NCBI GenBank assembly: GCA_030390025.1
Contig: JASTWF010000368.1
Coordinates: 62,001-126,000 of the forward strand
Source of the DNA: Squalus acanthias
Lineage: Eukaryota
Direction of reading: 5' to 3'
Length of the DNA stretch: 64,000 nucleotides
Shown here: one piece after another, positions 47,270 through 59,800 of the stretch
Numbering within the stretch: position 1 is the first letter of the stretch
Layout: each line of letters starts with the position of its first letter
Notes under the pieces: model-generated
The model's input: the letters and a program-made list of their open reading frames with translations, nothing else
What the model was told of the DNA's origin: nothing
Database searches by the model: none
Translations under genes and position numbers: made by a program

Positions 47270-49769
47270 ATTATGTCTCACCTCTCATACTTCTAAACCC
47301 CAGAGAGGCCCAATCTACTCTATCTCTCCTCATAGGACAACCCTCTCATCCCAGGGATCAATCTAGTGAACCTTCGTTGCACCGCCTCTAAGGCAAGTAT
47401 GTCCTTCCTCAGATAATCGTGGCTGTGGGCTATTTTACATCCATCTGAGAGGGTAGAAGGGGCCTCGGTTTTAACGTCTCGTCCAAAAGATGGCACCTCC
47501 GACAGTGCGGCGCTCCCTCAGTACTGCCCCTCCGACAGTGCAGCATCCTCTCAGTACTGCCCCTCCGACAGTGCCGCGCTCCCTCAGTACTGCCCCTCCG
47601 ACAGTGCCGCGCTCACTCAGTAATGCCCCTCCGACAGTGCAGCGCTCCCTCAGTACTGCCCCTCTGACAGTGCAGCGCTCCCTCAGTACTGCCCCTCCGA
47701 CAGTGCAGCATCCTCTCAGTACTGCCCCTCCGACAGTGCCGCGCTCCCTCAGTACTGACCCTCCGACAGTGCGGCGCTCCCTCAGTACTGCCCCTCCGAC
47801 AGTGCAGCGCTCACTCAGTACTGCCCCTCCCACAGTGCAGCGCTACCTCAGTACTGCCCCTCCGACAGTGCAGTGCTCCCTCAGTACTGCCCCTCCGACA
47901 GTGCGGCGCTCCCTCAGTACTGACCCTCCGACAGTGCAGCGCTCCCTCAGTACTGCCCCTCCGACAGTGCAGCGCTCCCTCAGTACTGCCCCTGCGACAG
48001 TGCAGCACCCCCTCAGTACTGCCCCTCCAACAGTGCAGCGCTCCATCAGTACTGCCCCGCGACAGTGCAGCACTCCCTCAGTACTGCCCCTCCAACAGTG
48101 CAGCGCTCCCTCAGTACTGCCCCTCCGACAGTGCAGCGCTACCTCAGTACTGCCCCTCCAACAGTGCAGCGCTCCCTCAGTACTGCCCCTCCGACAGTGC
48201 AGCGCCCCCTCAGTACTGCCCCTCCGACAGTGCAGCGCTCCTTCACTACTGCCCCTGCGACAGTGCAGCGCTCCCTCAGTACTGCCCCTGCGACAGTGCA
48301 GCGCTCCCTCAGTACTGCCCCTCGGACAGTGCAGCGCCCCCTCAGTACTGCCTCTCCGACAATGCAGCGCTCCGTCAGTACTACCCCTGCGACAGTGCAG
48401 CGCTCCCTCAGTACTGGCCCTCCGACAGTGCAGCGCTCCCTCAGTACTGCCCCTCCGACAGTGCAGCGCTCCCTCGGTACTGCCCCTCCGACAGTGCAGC
48501 GCCCCCTCAGTACTGCCCCTCCAACAGTGCAGCGCTCCCTCAGTACTGCCCCTCTGACAGTGCAGCGCTCCCTCAGTACTGCCCCTGCGACAATGCAGCG
48601 CTCCCTCAGTACTGCCCCTCCGACAATGCAGCGCCCCCTCAGTACTGTCCCTCCGACAGTGCAGCGCTCCCTCAGTACTGCCCCTCTGACAATGCAGCGC
48701 CCCCTCAGTACTGTCCCTCCGACAGTGCAGCGCTCCCTCAGTACTGCCCCTCGGACAGTGCAGCGATCCGTCAGTACTACCCCTGCGACAGTGCAGCGCT
48801 CCCTCAGTACTGGCCCTCCGACAGTGCAGCGCTCCCTCAGTACTGCCCCTCCGACAGTGCAGCGCTCCCTCAGTACAGCCCCTCCGACAGTGCAGCGCTC
48901 CCTCAGTACTGCCCCTCTGACAATGCAGCGCCCCCTCAGTACTGTCCCTCCGACAGTGCAGCGCTCCCTCAGTACTGCCCCTCGGACAGTGCAGCGATCC
49001 GTCAGTACTACCCCTGCGACAGTGCAGCGCTCCCTCAGTACTGGCCCTCCGACAGTGCAGCGCTCCCTCAGTACTGCCCCTCCGACAGTGCAGCGCTCCC
49101 TCAGTACAGCCCCTCCGACAGTGCAGCGCCCCCCTCAGTACTGCCCCTCCAACAGTGCAGCGCTCCCTCAGTACTGCCCCTCTGACAGTGCAGCGCTCCC
49201 TCAGTACTGCCCCTGCGACAATGCAGCGCTCCCTCAGTACTGTCCCTCCGACAGTGCAGCGCTCCCTCAGTACTGCCCCTCTGACAATGCAGCGCCCCCT
49301 CAGTACTGTCCCTCCGACAGTGCAGCGCTCCCTCAGTACTGCCCCTCTGACAATGCAGCGCTCCCTCAGTACTGCCCCTCCGACAGTGCAGCGCTCCCTC
49401 AGTACTGCCCCTCTGACAATGCAGCGCCCCCTCAGTACTGTCCCTCCGACAGTGCAGCGCTCCCTCAGTACTGCCCCTCTGACAATGCAGCGCCCCCTCA
49501 GTACTGTCCCTCCGACAGTGCAGCGCCCCCTCAGTACTGTCCCTCCGACAGTGCAGCGCCCCCTCAGTACTGTCCATCCGACAATGCAGCGCTCCCTCAG
49601 TACTGCCCTTCCGAGAATGCAGTGCTCCCTCAGTACTGCCTCTCCGACAGTGCAGCGCTCCCTCCGTACTGCCCCTCCGACAATGCAGCGCTCCCTCAGT
49701 ACTGCCCCTCCGAGAATGCAGCGCTCCCTCAGTACTGCCCCTCCGAGAATGCAGCGCTCCCTCAGTACT

Positions 49770-50845
49770 AGTGATGGGGGAGCGGGACTTGATGTGAGTT
49801 AGGATATGGGGCAGCAGAGTTTTGGATGAGCTTAAGTTTGCAGAGGGTGGAAGGTGGGAGACAGGCCAGGAGTAGGTCGGAATAGTCGAGTCTGGAGGTA
49901 ACAAAGGCTTGGATGAGGATTTCAGCAGCAGATGAGCTGAGGCGGGGCGGAAACGGGCGAAGTTACAGAGGAGCCCTCGTCAAATTGAAGTCAATGGGAA
50001 TCAGGGGGTAAACTCTCCACTGGCTGGAGTCATACCTAGCACAAAGGAAGATTGTTGTTGTGGTTGGAGGTCAATCATCTCAGCCCCAGGACATCGCTGC
50101 AGGAGTTCCTCAGGGCAGTGTCCTAGGCCCAACCATCTTCAGCTGCTTCATCAATGACCTTCCCTCCATCATAAAGTCAGAAGTGGGGATGTTCGCTAAT
50201 ATAAGAACATAAGAAGTATGAGCAGGAGTCGGCCATATGGCCCCTCGGGCCTGCTCCGCCATTCAATAGGATCATGGCTGATCCGAACCTAGACTCACGT
50301 CCACTTCCCTGCCCGCTCCCCATAACCCTTAATTCCCTTATCAGCTCGGAAACTGTCTATCTCCGTTTTAAATTTATTTAATGTCGCAGCTTCCACAGCT
50401 CTCTGAGGTAGCAAATTCCATAGATTACTACCCTCTGAGTGAAGAAGTTTCTCCTCATCTCAGTTTTGAAACGGCAGCCCCTTATTCTAAGATTATGCCC
50501 CCTAGTTCTAGTCTCACCCATCAGTGGAAACATCCTCCCCGTCTCCACCCGATCAAGCCCCCTCACAATCTTCTATGTTTCGATAAGATCGCCTCTCATT
50601 CTTCTGAATTCCAATGAGTAGAGGCCCAACCTACTCAACCTTTCCTCATAAGTCAACCCCCTCATCTCCGGAATCAACCGAGTGAACCTTCTCTGAACTG
50701 CCTCGAGAGCAAGTATATCTTTTCTTAAATATGGAAACCAAAACTGTACGCAGTACTCCAGGTGTGGCCTCACCAGTACCCTGTATAGCTGAAGCAAGAC
50801 TTCCCTGCTTTTATACTCCATCCCCCTTGCAATAAAAGCCAAGAA
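49770..50845. mobile_element. L2 (-, to 49970), FADDC LINE (+, to 50197) and CR1 (-, 50200-50845) fragments
   Basis: Sequence similarity to other copies in the window; GVPQGSVLGP coding. Confidence 0.85.
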
Positions 50846-50849
50846 CTGG

Positions 50850-51353
50850 GAATGGTAGCGTAGTGGTTATGTCACTGGGCTAGTAATCCAGTAGGCCTGG
50901 ACTAATGATCCAGAGACGTGAGTTCAAATCCCACCACGGCAGCTGGGGAATTTAAATTCAGTTAAATAAATCCGGAATAAAAAGCCAGTATCAATAATGG
51001 TGACCATGAAACTACCGGATTGTCGTAAAAACCTGGTTCACTAATGTCCTTAAGGGAAGGAAATCTACTGTCCTTACCCGGTCTGTCCTATATGTGACTC
51101 CAGACCCACAACAATGTGGTTGACTCTTAACTGCCCTCTGAAATGGCCCAGCAAGCCACTCAGTTATACCAAACTGTTACATCACCACAGTGGTTCAAGA
51201 AGGTGGCTCACCACCACCTTTTCAAGGGCAAGTGTGGGGATGGGCAATAAATGCTGGCCTTGCTGGGGATGGGCAATAAATGCTGGCCTTGCTGGGGATG
51301 GGCAATAAATGCTGGCCTTGCCAGCGATACCCACATCCCATGAACAAATAAAA
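50850..51353 (+). mobile_element. tRNA-derived SINE with FADDC-LINE tail
   Basis: GGTAGCGTAGTGG A box, GTTCAAATCCC B box, tail GGGCAATAAATGCTGGCCTTGC triplicated. Confidence 0.8.
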
Positions 51354-52216
51354 ATGATTGCACAATGTTCATTTCCATTTGCAACTCCTCAGATAATGAA
51401 CACAACCACCTCCGAGTCACACGCCATCCTGACTTGGAAGTATATCGGCCGTTCCTTCATCGTCGCTGGGTCAAAATCCTGGAACTCCCTCCCTAACAGC
51501 ACTGTGTGGGAGGACCTTCAACCAACACGGACTGCAGCGGTTCAAGAAAGCGGCTCACCACCACCTTCTCAAGGGCAGTTAGGGGGTGGCCAATAAATGC
51601 CAGGCCTTGCCCAGCAACGCCCACATCCCATGACCGAATAATTTTAAAAAAAGATGGAAGTAGGTGCTCTTAGTTGATGGAGCGGATATGGGGTCTGGAG
51701 CTCAGCTCAGGGTTAAATAGGGACACCGAGGTTGCGAATGGTCTGCTTCAGGCTCGGGCGAGAGATGGAATCGGTGGCTGGGGACCGGAGTTTGTGGCGG
51801 GGACCGAAGACAATGGCGTCGGTCTTCCCCAAGATTCAGTCGGAGGAAATTTGCGTTCATGCACGACTGGATGCCAGTCAGACAGTGGAGGGGTGGAGAG
51901 AGGACTGCTTCTCCTCCCCTCCTCCCTCATCATAGAATAGCACAGCACAGAAGGAGGCCATTTGGCCCATCAAGTCTGCGCCGGCTCTTTTGAAGAGCAA
52001 TCCAGTTAGTCCTTTTCCCCCGCTTTTCCCCCATACCCCTGCAAGTCTCTTCTCCTTCAGACAATGGAGACCGATTTCCGCAGGTCTCTCTGCTCTTGCA
52101 CTGCCTTTAAATGAAACAGGAAGTGCAGCAATTTATGACACAGGTTTCTTATTGGTAATCCCAGTGGGGTTGCCGTTATAGTTCCAGTATTTGTCGTGGC
52201 CAATCATTACTTTAAT

Positions 52217-53072
52217 GTGGAGATGCCGGTGTTGGACCGGGGTGGACAAATGTGAGAAGTCGCACAACACCAGGTTATAGTCCAACAGCTTTATTTGAAA
52301 TCACAAGCTTTCGGAGCACTGCTCCTTCGTCAGGTGAAGTGAAGAGATGCATATAGGCACAGCATATATAGACAGAGAATACAGCCAGGTGATTACAGTT
52401 AATCTTTCCAACTGCCCTTTATCACACCTCGGCAGAGAGATAATCACGGCAATCAAAGGTGTTGATGGTGTCCAAACAGGTCAGTCAGGAAAACATTACG
52501 TCAAAGACAATGAGGTGGGGTCACAAGGGGTCAAATGTGGCAGAGGCTGGGGTCTGTATGGAAAACAAAAAACTTTTTTTGCTGGAAATCACAGCAGGTG
52601 CGGCTGCATCTGTGTAGAGAGAACAAGCCAACGACGACTCGAGTCTGGATGACTCTACGTCAGGTGGGGTTACATGTAGCGTGACATGAACCCAAGATCC
52701 CGGTTGAGGCCGTCCTCATGGGTGCGGAACTTGGCTATCAGTTTCTGCTCGACGATTTTGCGTTGTCGTGTGTCTCGAAGGCCGCCTTGGAGAACGAAGA
52801 TCGGAGGCTGAATGTCCTTGACTGCTGAAGTGTTCCCCGTGATTATCTCTCTGCCGAGGTGTGACAAAGGGCAGTTAGAAAGATTAACTGTAATCATCTG
52901 GCAGTGTTCTCTGACTATATATGCTGTGCCTATATGCATCTCTTCACTTCACCTGACGAAGGAGCAGCGCTCCGAAAGCTTGTGATTTCAAATAAAGCTG
53001 TTGGACTATAACCTGGTGTTGTGCGACTTCTCACATTTGTCCACCCCAGTCCAACACCGGCATCTCCGCATC
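52217..53072. mobile_element. Penelope-like family A with ~230-bp inverted terminal repeats; hammerhead motifs at 52301-52337 (-) and 52949-52985 (+)
   Basis: Minus copy to ~52837 includes the GIY-YIG end; plus copy at 52838-53072. Confidence 0.9.
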
Positions 53073-53839
53073 ATAGAATAGTACAGCACAGAAGGAGGCC
53101 ATTTGGCCCATTAAGTCTGCGCCGGCTCTTTTGAAGAGCGATCCAGTTAGTCCCACTCCCCCGCTTTTCCCCCATATCCCTGCAATTCTTTTGTCCTTCA
53201 AGTATTTATCGACCCTTCAGACAATGGAGACCGATTTCCACAGGTCTCTCTGTCCTTGCACTGCCTTTAAATGAATCAGGAAGTGCAGCAATTTATGACA
53301 CAGGTTTCTTAATGGTAATCCCAGTGGGGTTGCCGTTATAGTTCCAGTATTTGTAGTGGCCAATCATTACTTTAATACAAGAGGAGACCAAACGCAGTTT
53401 GGGTGACCGCTTTGCGGAACACCTCCATTCAGTCCGCAAGTGTGACCCTGAGCTTCCGGTCGCCTGTCACTTTAATTCTCCCTCCCACTTCCACTCGGAC
53501 CTCTCTGTCCTCGGCCTCTTACACTGTTCCAATGAAGCTCAACATAAGCTCGAGGAACAGCACCTCATCTTTCGATTAGGAACTTTACAGCCTTCCAGAC
53601 TCAACATAGAGTTCAACAATTTCAGACCATAACCTCTGCCCCTATTTGTTCGGACGGCAGCTGTTGATGATTCTGCCATTTCCCATTTACACCTCATCTC
53701 GGCCCATCTTTTGTTTCTTTACTTGTCCCATTACCATCTCCTTTTGCCATTTAATCTCTCCTGCCTTCCACCCAAACACAGACCTTCCCTTTTGTTCTTT
53801 CCTCCCCTCCCTTCTTTCCCTGCCTCTGCACTTGCTAAG

Positions 53840-55990
53840 AATCATAGAATGGTTATAGCACGGAAGGCGGCCATTCAGCCCGTCGAGCCCGTGCCGACTC
53901 TCTGCAAGAGCACTTCAGCTAGTCCCACTCCCCCCCGCCCTTTCCCCGTAGCCCTGCAAATTTCTTTCCTTCAGATACTTATTCAACTCCCTTTTGAAAG
54001 CCACGATTGAATCTGCCTCCACCACCCTTTCAGGAAGTGCATTCCAGATCATAACCACTCGCTGCGTAAAAAAGCTTTTCCACATGTCGCCTTTGGTTCT
54101 TTTGCCATTCATCATAAATCTGTGTCCTCTGGTTCTCGACCCTTCTGCCAATGGGAACAGTTTCTCTCTATCTACTGTGTCCAGACCCCTCATGATTTTG
54201 AACACCTCGATCAAATCTCCTCTCAATCTTCTCTGCTCCAAGGAGAACAATCCCAGCTTCTCTAGTCTATCAACATAACTGAAGTCCCTCATTCCTGGAA
54301 TCATTCTCGTAAATCTTTTCTGCACCCTCTCTAAGGCCTTCACATCCTTCCTAAAGTGCGGTGCCCAGAATTGGACACAATACTCCAGTTGGGGCCGAAC
54401 CAGTGTTTTATACAGGTTCATCATAATTTCCTTGCTTTTGTACTCTATACCTCTATTTATGAAGCCCAAGATCCCGTAAGCCTTTTTAACTGCTTTCTCA
54501 ACCTGCCCTGCCACCTTCAATGATTTGTGCACTCATACCCACAGGTCTCTCTGTTCATGCACCCCCTTTAGGATTGTACCATTTAGTTTATATGTCCTCT
54601 CCTCATTCTTGCTACCAAAATGTATCACTTCACACTTTTCTGCGTTAAATTTCATCTGCCACGTGTCCGCCCATTCCACCAGCCTGTCTACATCCTCTTG
54701 AAGTCTATCACTCTCCTCCTCACTGTTCACTATACTTCCAAGTTTTGTGTCATCTGCAAATTTTGAAATTGTGCCCTGTACACCCAAGTCCAAGTCATTA
54801 ATGGCCCAAAAATTCATCGCGGAGTGCGTACTCTCGCGTATTCCCTCTGCAATTGCCGGTTTTCTGCATGCCCTGCGCATGCGCTGAAAACCGGCAATTG
54901 CTCTTTTGAAAAGGGGGCGATTCCTCAGTGCATCGCGTGCGCGCTACAGGCTGCGCGCACGCTGTGCACTTCATGCTTTGGACGCGCAGGTAAGTACTGA
55001 AGATTTTAGAAATGTAAAAAGGAGGAGTAAGACCCACTTTTAACAAGGTAAGTAGTGAATTAAGTATTTTTTTGAATTTTTTTTTACAGGTATATCTTTT
55101 TTAGAGACTTTAAAGACAGGTAAGTTTATTTTTATAACTTTTTAAAAGATTTTAAATTTTTTCAAAAATTTAATTTTTTATTTAAAATGGTTAATTTATT
55201 TAACTATACTTATTTTATTAATGTGATGGTTTTTTTTTTAAATTTAATTGAGGTTTAGCTGTTATTTTGGGGGGGTGTAAGATTCATAGATTTCACAGGG
55301 TGCAGTGAAACTTATGAATGGAAGATGGTGTGCTGCCATTGGCTCTAACTGAGTCACGTGATCCCACAGCTCGCACGAATTCACTACGCCGGTGGGATAC
55401 GCAAGCACTGCCCAGCAGCTGTCCAGAACATCAAGTTCGTGCGAGCTGGATCTGAAAAAGCACAAGCGAGGTGAGACATCGCGGGGAAGGCTTACCCCCG
55501 CGGGAACAGAGCGAGATCAATTTCTGGGCCAATATATATCAAGAAAAGCAGTGGTCCTAGAACCGACCCCTGGGGAACTCCACTGTATACCTTCCTCCAG
55601 TCCGAAAAACAACCGTTCACCACTACTCTCTGTTTCCTGTCACTTAGCCAATTCCGTATCCATGCTGCCACAGTCCCTTTTATTCCATGGGCTTCAACTT
55701 TGCTGGCAAGCCTATTATGTGGCACTTTGTTGAACGCCTTTTGGAAATCCATGTACACTACGTCAACCGCATTACCCTTATTAATCCTCTCTGTTACCTC
55801 ATCAAAGAACTCAATCAAGTTAGTTAAACACGATTTGCCTTTAACAAATCTGTGCTGGCTTTCCTTAATTAATCCACACTTGTCCAAGTGTCTGTTAATT
55901 TTGTCCCTGATTACTGTTTCTAAAAGTTACCCCACTACCGAGGTCAAACTGACTGGCCTGTAGTTGCTGGGTTTATCTTTACGCCCTTGA
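53840..55990 (-). mobile_element. CR1 LINE RT fragment
   Basis: SCLTNLIEFF, GVPQGSVLGP, KFADDTKL, LVRPQLEYC. Confidence 0.95.
54803..55530. mobile_element. MITE, PIF/Harbinger-like
   Basis: TIRs GGCCCAAAAATT / AATTTCTGGGCC and 3-bp TSD AAT, interrupting the CR1 YIN-DLD motif. Confidence 0.85.
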
Positions 55991-56022
55991 TTGATCACCT
56001 GTTACATCTCTAACTTCTCCCT

Positions 56023-56057
56023 GTTCTGAGGAAAGGTCACAGACCTGAAACGTTAAC
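56023..56057 (+). ncRNA. Minimal hammerhead ribozyme motif (Penelope family B)
   Basis: GTT-CTGAGGA-A-AGGTC(ACA)GACCT-GAAA-CG-TT-AAC with palindromic AACGTT. Confidence 0.72.
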
Positions 56058-56104
56058 TCTGTTTCTCCCTCTCTCTCTCTGTCTCTCTCTGTCAGAGTAA
56101 GTTT

Positions 56105-56846
56105 AGTCATAGAGTCATAACGGCATAGAAGGAGGCCATTCGGCCCATTGAGTCCGTGCCGGCTCCCTGTAGAGCAATCCAGTCAGTCCCATTCCCCCGC
56201 TCTATCCCCGTAGCCCTGCAAGTTTATTTCCCTCAAGTGCCTATCCAATCTCCCCTTGAAAACATTTTGTGTCTCCGCTTCCACCACTTCCGTCGGCAGC
56301 GAGTTCCAGGTCATCACCACTCGCTGCGTAAAAATGTTTTTCCTCACATCCCCTCTGTATCTCTTGCCCAAAACCTTCAATCTGTGTCCCCTAGTCCTTA
56401 TACCATCAACTAGTGGGAACAGCCTTTCCCTGTCTAGCCTATCCAAACCCGTCATAATCATGTGCACCTCTATCAAATCACCCCTCAACCTCCTTTGCTC
56501 TAATGAAAACAAATCCAGCTTCTCCAACCTGTCCTTGTAACTAAGATCCCCCATCCCCAGAACCATTCTGGTAAATCTCCTCTGCACCCTCTCAAGGGCC
56601 TTCACATCCTTCCTAAAGTGTGGTGACCAAAACTGGACGTAATACTCTAGTTGTGGCCTAACCAGCGCTTTATAAAGGTTCAGCATAACTTCTCTACTTT
56701 TGTACTCAATACCTCTATTTATGAAGCCCAAGATCCCATATGCTTTGCTAACCACTCTCTCAATATGTCCCGCCACCTTCAGGGACCTATGCACATTAAC
56801 TCCCAGGTCCCTCTGTCCCTGCACACTCTTTAAAACTGTACCACTT
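56105..56846 (-). mobile_element. CR1 3' fragment
   Basis: 213-aa CR1 RT C-terminal ORF plus tail. Confidence 0.93.
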
Positions 56847-59800
56847 ACAAAGAGTACCGTAGAGTTAAAAACCTACTCCGGAGAACTCCTAGAGACATGT
56901 GGACAAATGGAATGTACAGTTCAGCACAATGGCCAGTCAGTAAAGCTGCCTATTATTGGAGCGAGCTACAACAACAGGCCAACCCTCATGGGCAAAGACT
57001 GGTTGAGAAAGTGAAAGCTAGACTGGAAAAACATCTTCAGTGTAGATGCTTCAAAGAAGCGACACGACACAATGCTGAACAAGTACGAAAGCATGTTCAC
57101 AGACAGTTATGAGGGCATCACTGGGTATGACGCGCATCAAGTCCAACGCGAAGTCTGTCTATTCTAAGGCAAGGCCGGTCCCCTATGTGTTGAAAAGTCA
57201 GGTGGAGGAAGAGCTAGCGAAGCTCAGAGAGAGCGGAGTGCTAGTAAAAACTGACAAAAGTGAACGGGCTACCCCGACTGTGGTAGTGCCCAAAGCAGAC
57301 AAAACTGTACGCTTGTGCGGTGACTACAAAGTTACTATCAACCAAGCAGTTGACGATGAGCAGTACCCGTTACCTACATCGCAAGATTTGTGTGCAGCAC
57401 TCTCTGGGTCAAAGGTTTTCTCCAAGCTTGACCTGTCGCATGCTTACGCTCAGCTGAATGTTGGCAAAGAGAGTCAACAGTATCTCACCATCAACACACA
57501 CAAGTACTCATACACCAAGCTGCTGTCTGGTGTAAAGTCCTCCCCCAAAATCTTCCAGGCTACGATGGATAAGATTTTGCAAGGAATTCCAAATTGCTTA
57601 TGCAATCAAGACGATGTGCTGATCGCAACAAGCAGCGAGGAAGAAAATCTAGAAGTGTTAGATTTAGTGCTTCAAAGGTTGAATTCCCACAATGTCAAAT
57701 TGAAAAGGAGCAAATGTGCTTTTGTTGTGTACTTTGGTCTGAAAGTTGATGCAAATGGCTTGCAACCAGTGAAGGGAAAGGTTGATGCTGTCATCAATGC
57801 TCCAAAGCCACAGAACGTGTCTGAGTTAAGATCTTTCCTTGCAATGGTTCTACGCACGTTTCTTACCTGAGTTAGCGACCATGTTAGCTCCATTGCACGA
57901 GCTCCTCAAGAAGGATGCCCAGTGGAAGTGGGCAAAAGCGCAACAGGAAGCTTAGGATGCTTGTAAGAGAAGTCTCTCTAGCAATGCTCTACTTGTGCAC
58001 TACGACACAGAGCGTGAGCTTAAGTTAGCGTGTGATGCTTCTAGCTACGGTGTGGGAGCTGTCATAAGCCACGTAATGGATGACGGCCAACAGAAACCAA
58101 TCACGTTCGCATCGCGAACCCTCACAAAGAGCGAAAGAAACTACGTGCAAATTGAAAAGGAAGCACTCGCCATAGTGTTTGGAATCAAGAATTTCCAACA
58201 GTTCCTGATCGGCAGAAAGTTTACCCTGATAACCGATCACAAACCGCTCCCAGCAGTATTGGGGCCCAAATCTGCCATCCCTGCAATGGCCGCATCAAGA
58301 ATGCAACGTTGGGAAGTATTGTTGTCACAATATGACTACACGATTGAATATCGCACTTCAAAGCAAAATGCAATCGCAGATGCCTTGTCCAGGTTGCCAC
58401 ATAAGGACTCATGTGTTGGGAGTGAAGGTGAGATTTTCACGCTAGGTGCAGTTGACAAAGACTTTTCCATGAGATTGCAGATGAGACTCAGAAGGATTCA
58501 GTGCTGAAAAGAGTGTATGAAAACACCTTGAATGGATGGACTGATCAGTGTCTGGACACAGAGCTGAAACCATTCCATAACCGTCGGACTGAATTGTCCT
58601 GTGAGCAAGATTGGATCAAGTGGGGAAACAGAGTCTTTGAGAGATAGAATGCTGGCTGAACTTCATACTGAACATCCAGGGATCGTCAGTATGAAATCAA
58701 TTGCAAGAAGCTTTGTTTACTGTCCTGGATTCGACAGTGATCTTGAATCACTTGACAGCAAATGCAGCATTTGCCAAAATTGCAGAAACAAACCACCCAA
58801 AACTCCATTACAACCCTGGTCGTGGCCAAGTAGACCTTTTCAGAGAGTACATGTAGAAAGCAAATGATTATTTCCTGGCACTTTTTTTTTTATTTGCTTA
58901 TGGGATCTGGGCGTCGCTGGCAAGGCCAGCATTTATTGCCCGTCCCTAGTTGCCCTTGAGAAGGTGGTGGTGAGCCTCCTTCTTGAACCGCTGCAGTCCA
59001 TGTGGTGAAGGTACTCCCACAGCGCTGTTAGGGAGGGAGTTCCAGGATTTTGACCCAGCGACGATGAAGGATCGGCGATATATTTCCAAGTCAGGATGGT
59101 GTGTGACTTGGAGAGGAACTTGGAGGTGGTGGTGTTCCCATGCGCCTGCTGCCCTTGTCCTTCTAGGTGGAAGATGTCGCGGGTTTGGGAGGTGCTGCCG
59201 AAGAAGCTTTGCCGAGTTGCTGCAGTGCATCTTGTAAATGGTACACACTGCAGCCACGGTACGCCGGTGGTGGAGGGAGTGAATGTTTAAGGTGGCGGAT
59301 GGGGTGCCAATCAAGCGGGCTGCTTTGTCCTGGATGGTGTCGAGCTTCTTGAGTGTTGTTGCAGCTGCACTCATCCAGGCAAGTGGAGAGTAAACATAGA
59401 AACATAGAAACTAGGAGCAGGAGTAGGCCATTCGGCCCGTCGAGCCTGCTCCACCATTCAATACGATCATGGCTGATCATCCAAACCCAGTACCCTGTCC
59501 CTACTCTTTCACACAGAATCCCCATCGAGCCTGCACCGACACATATCCCACCCTGTCCCCGTAACCCCACATATTTAATTCCCCCTAACATATCCCATCC
59601 TATCCCCGTAACCCCACATATTTAATCCCCCCTAACACTAAGGGTCAATTTATCATAGCCAAATCAACCTAACCCACACATTTTTGGACTGTGGGAGGAA
59701 ACCGGAGCACCCGGAGGAAACCCACGCAGACACGGGGAGAATGTGCAAACTCCACACAGACAGTCACCCGAGGCCAGATTCGAACCCGGGTCCCTGGCGC

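Larger units (their letters stand above)
45293..49769 (-). mobile_element. Deu-domain SINE with ~2.3-kb 33-bp expansion, split by CR1 (45532-47415)
   Basis: Tail at 45293-45530, body resumes at 47416, array at 47500-49769. Confidence 0.82.
53377..56070 (+). mobile_element. Penelope-like family B 3' part, split by CR1
   Basis: ETKRSLGDRFAEHLHSVRK..PVACHFNSPSH..KLEEQHLIFRLGTLQPSRLNIEF*; UTR to ~53838, resuming at ~55996 with a hammerhead motif. Confidence 0.85.
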
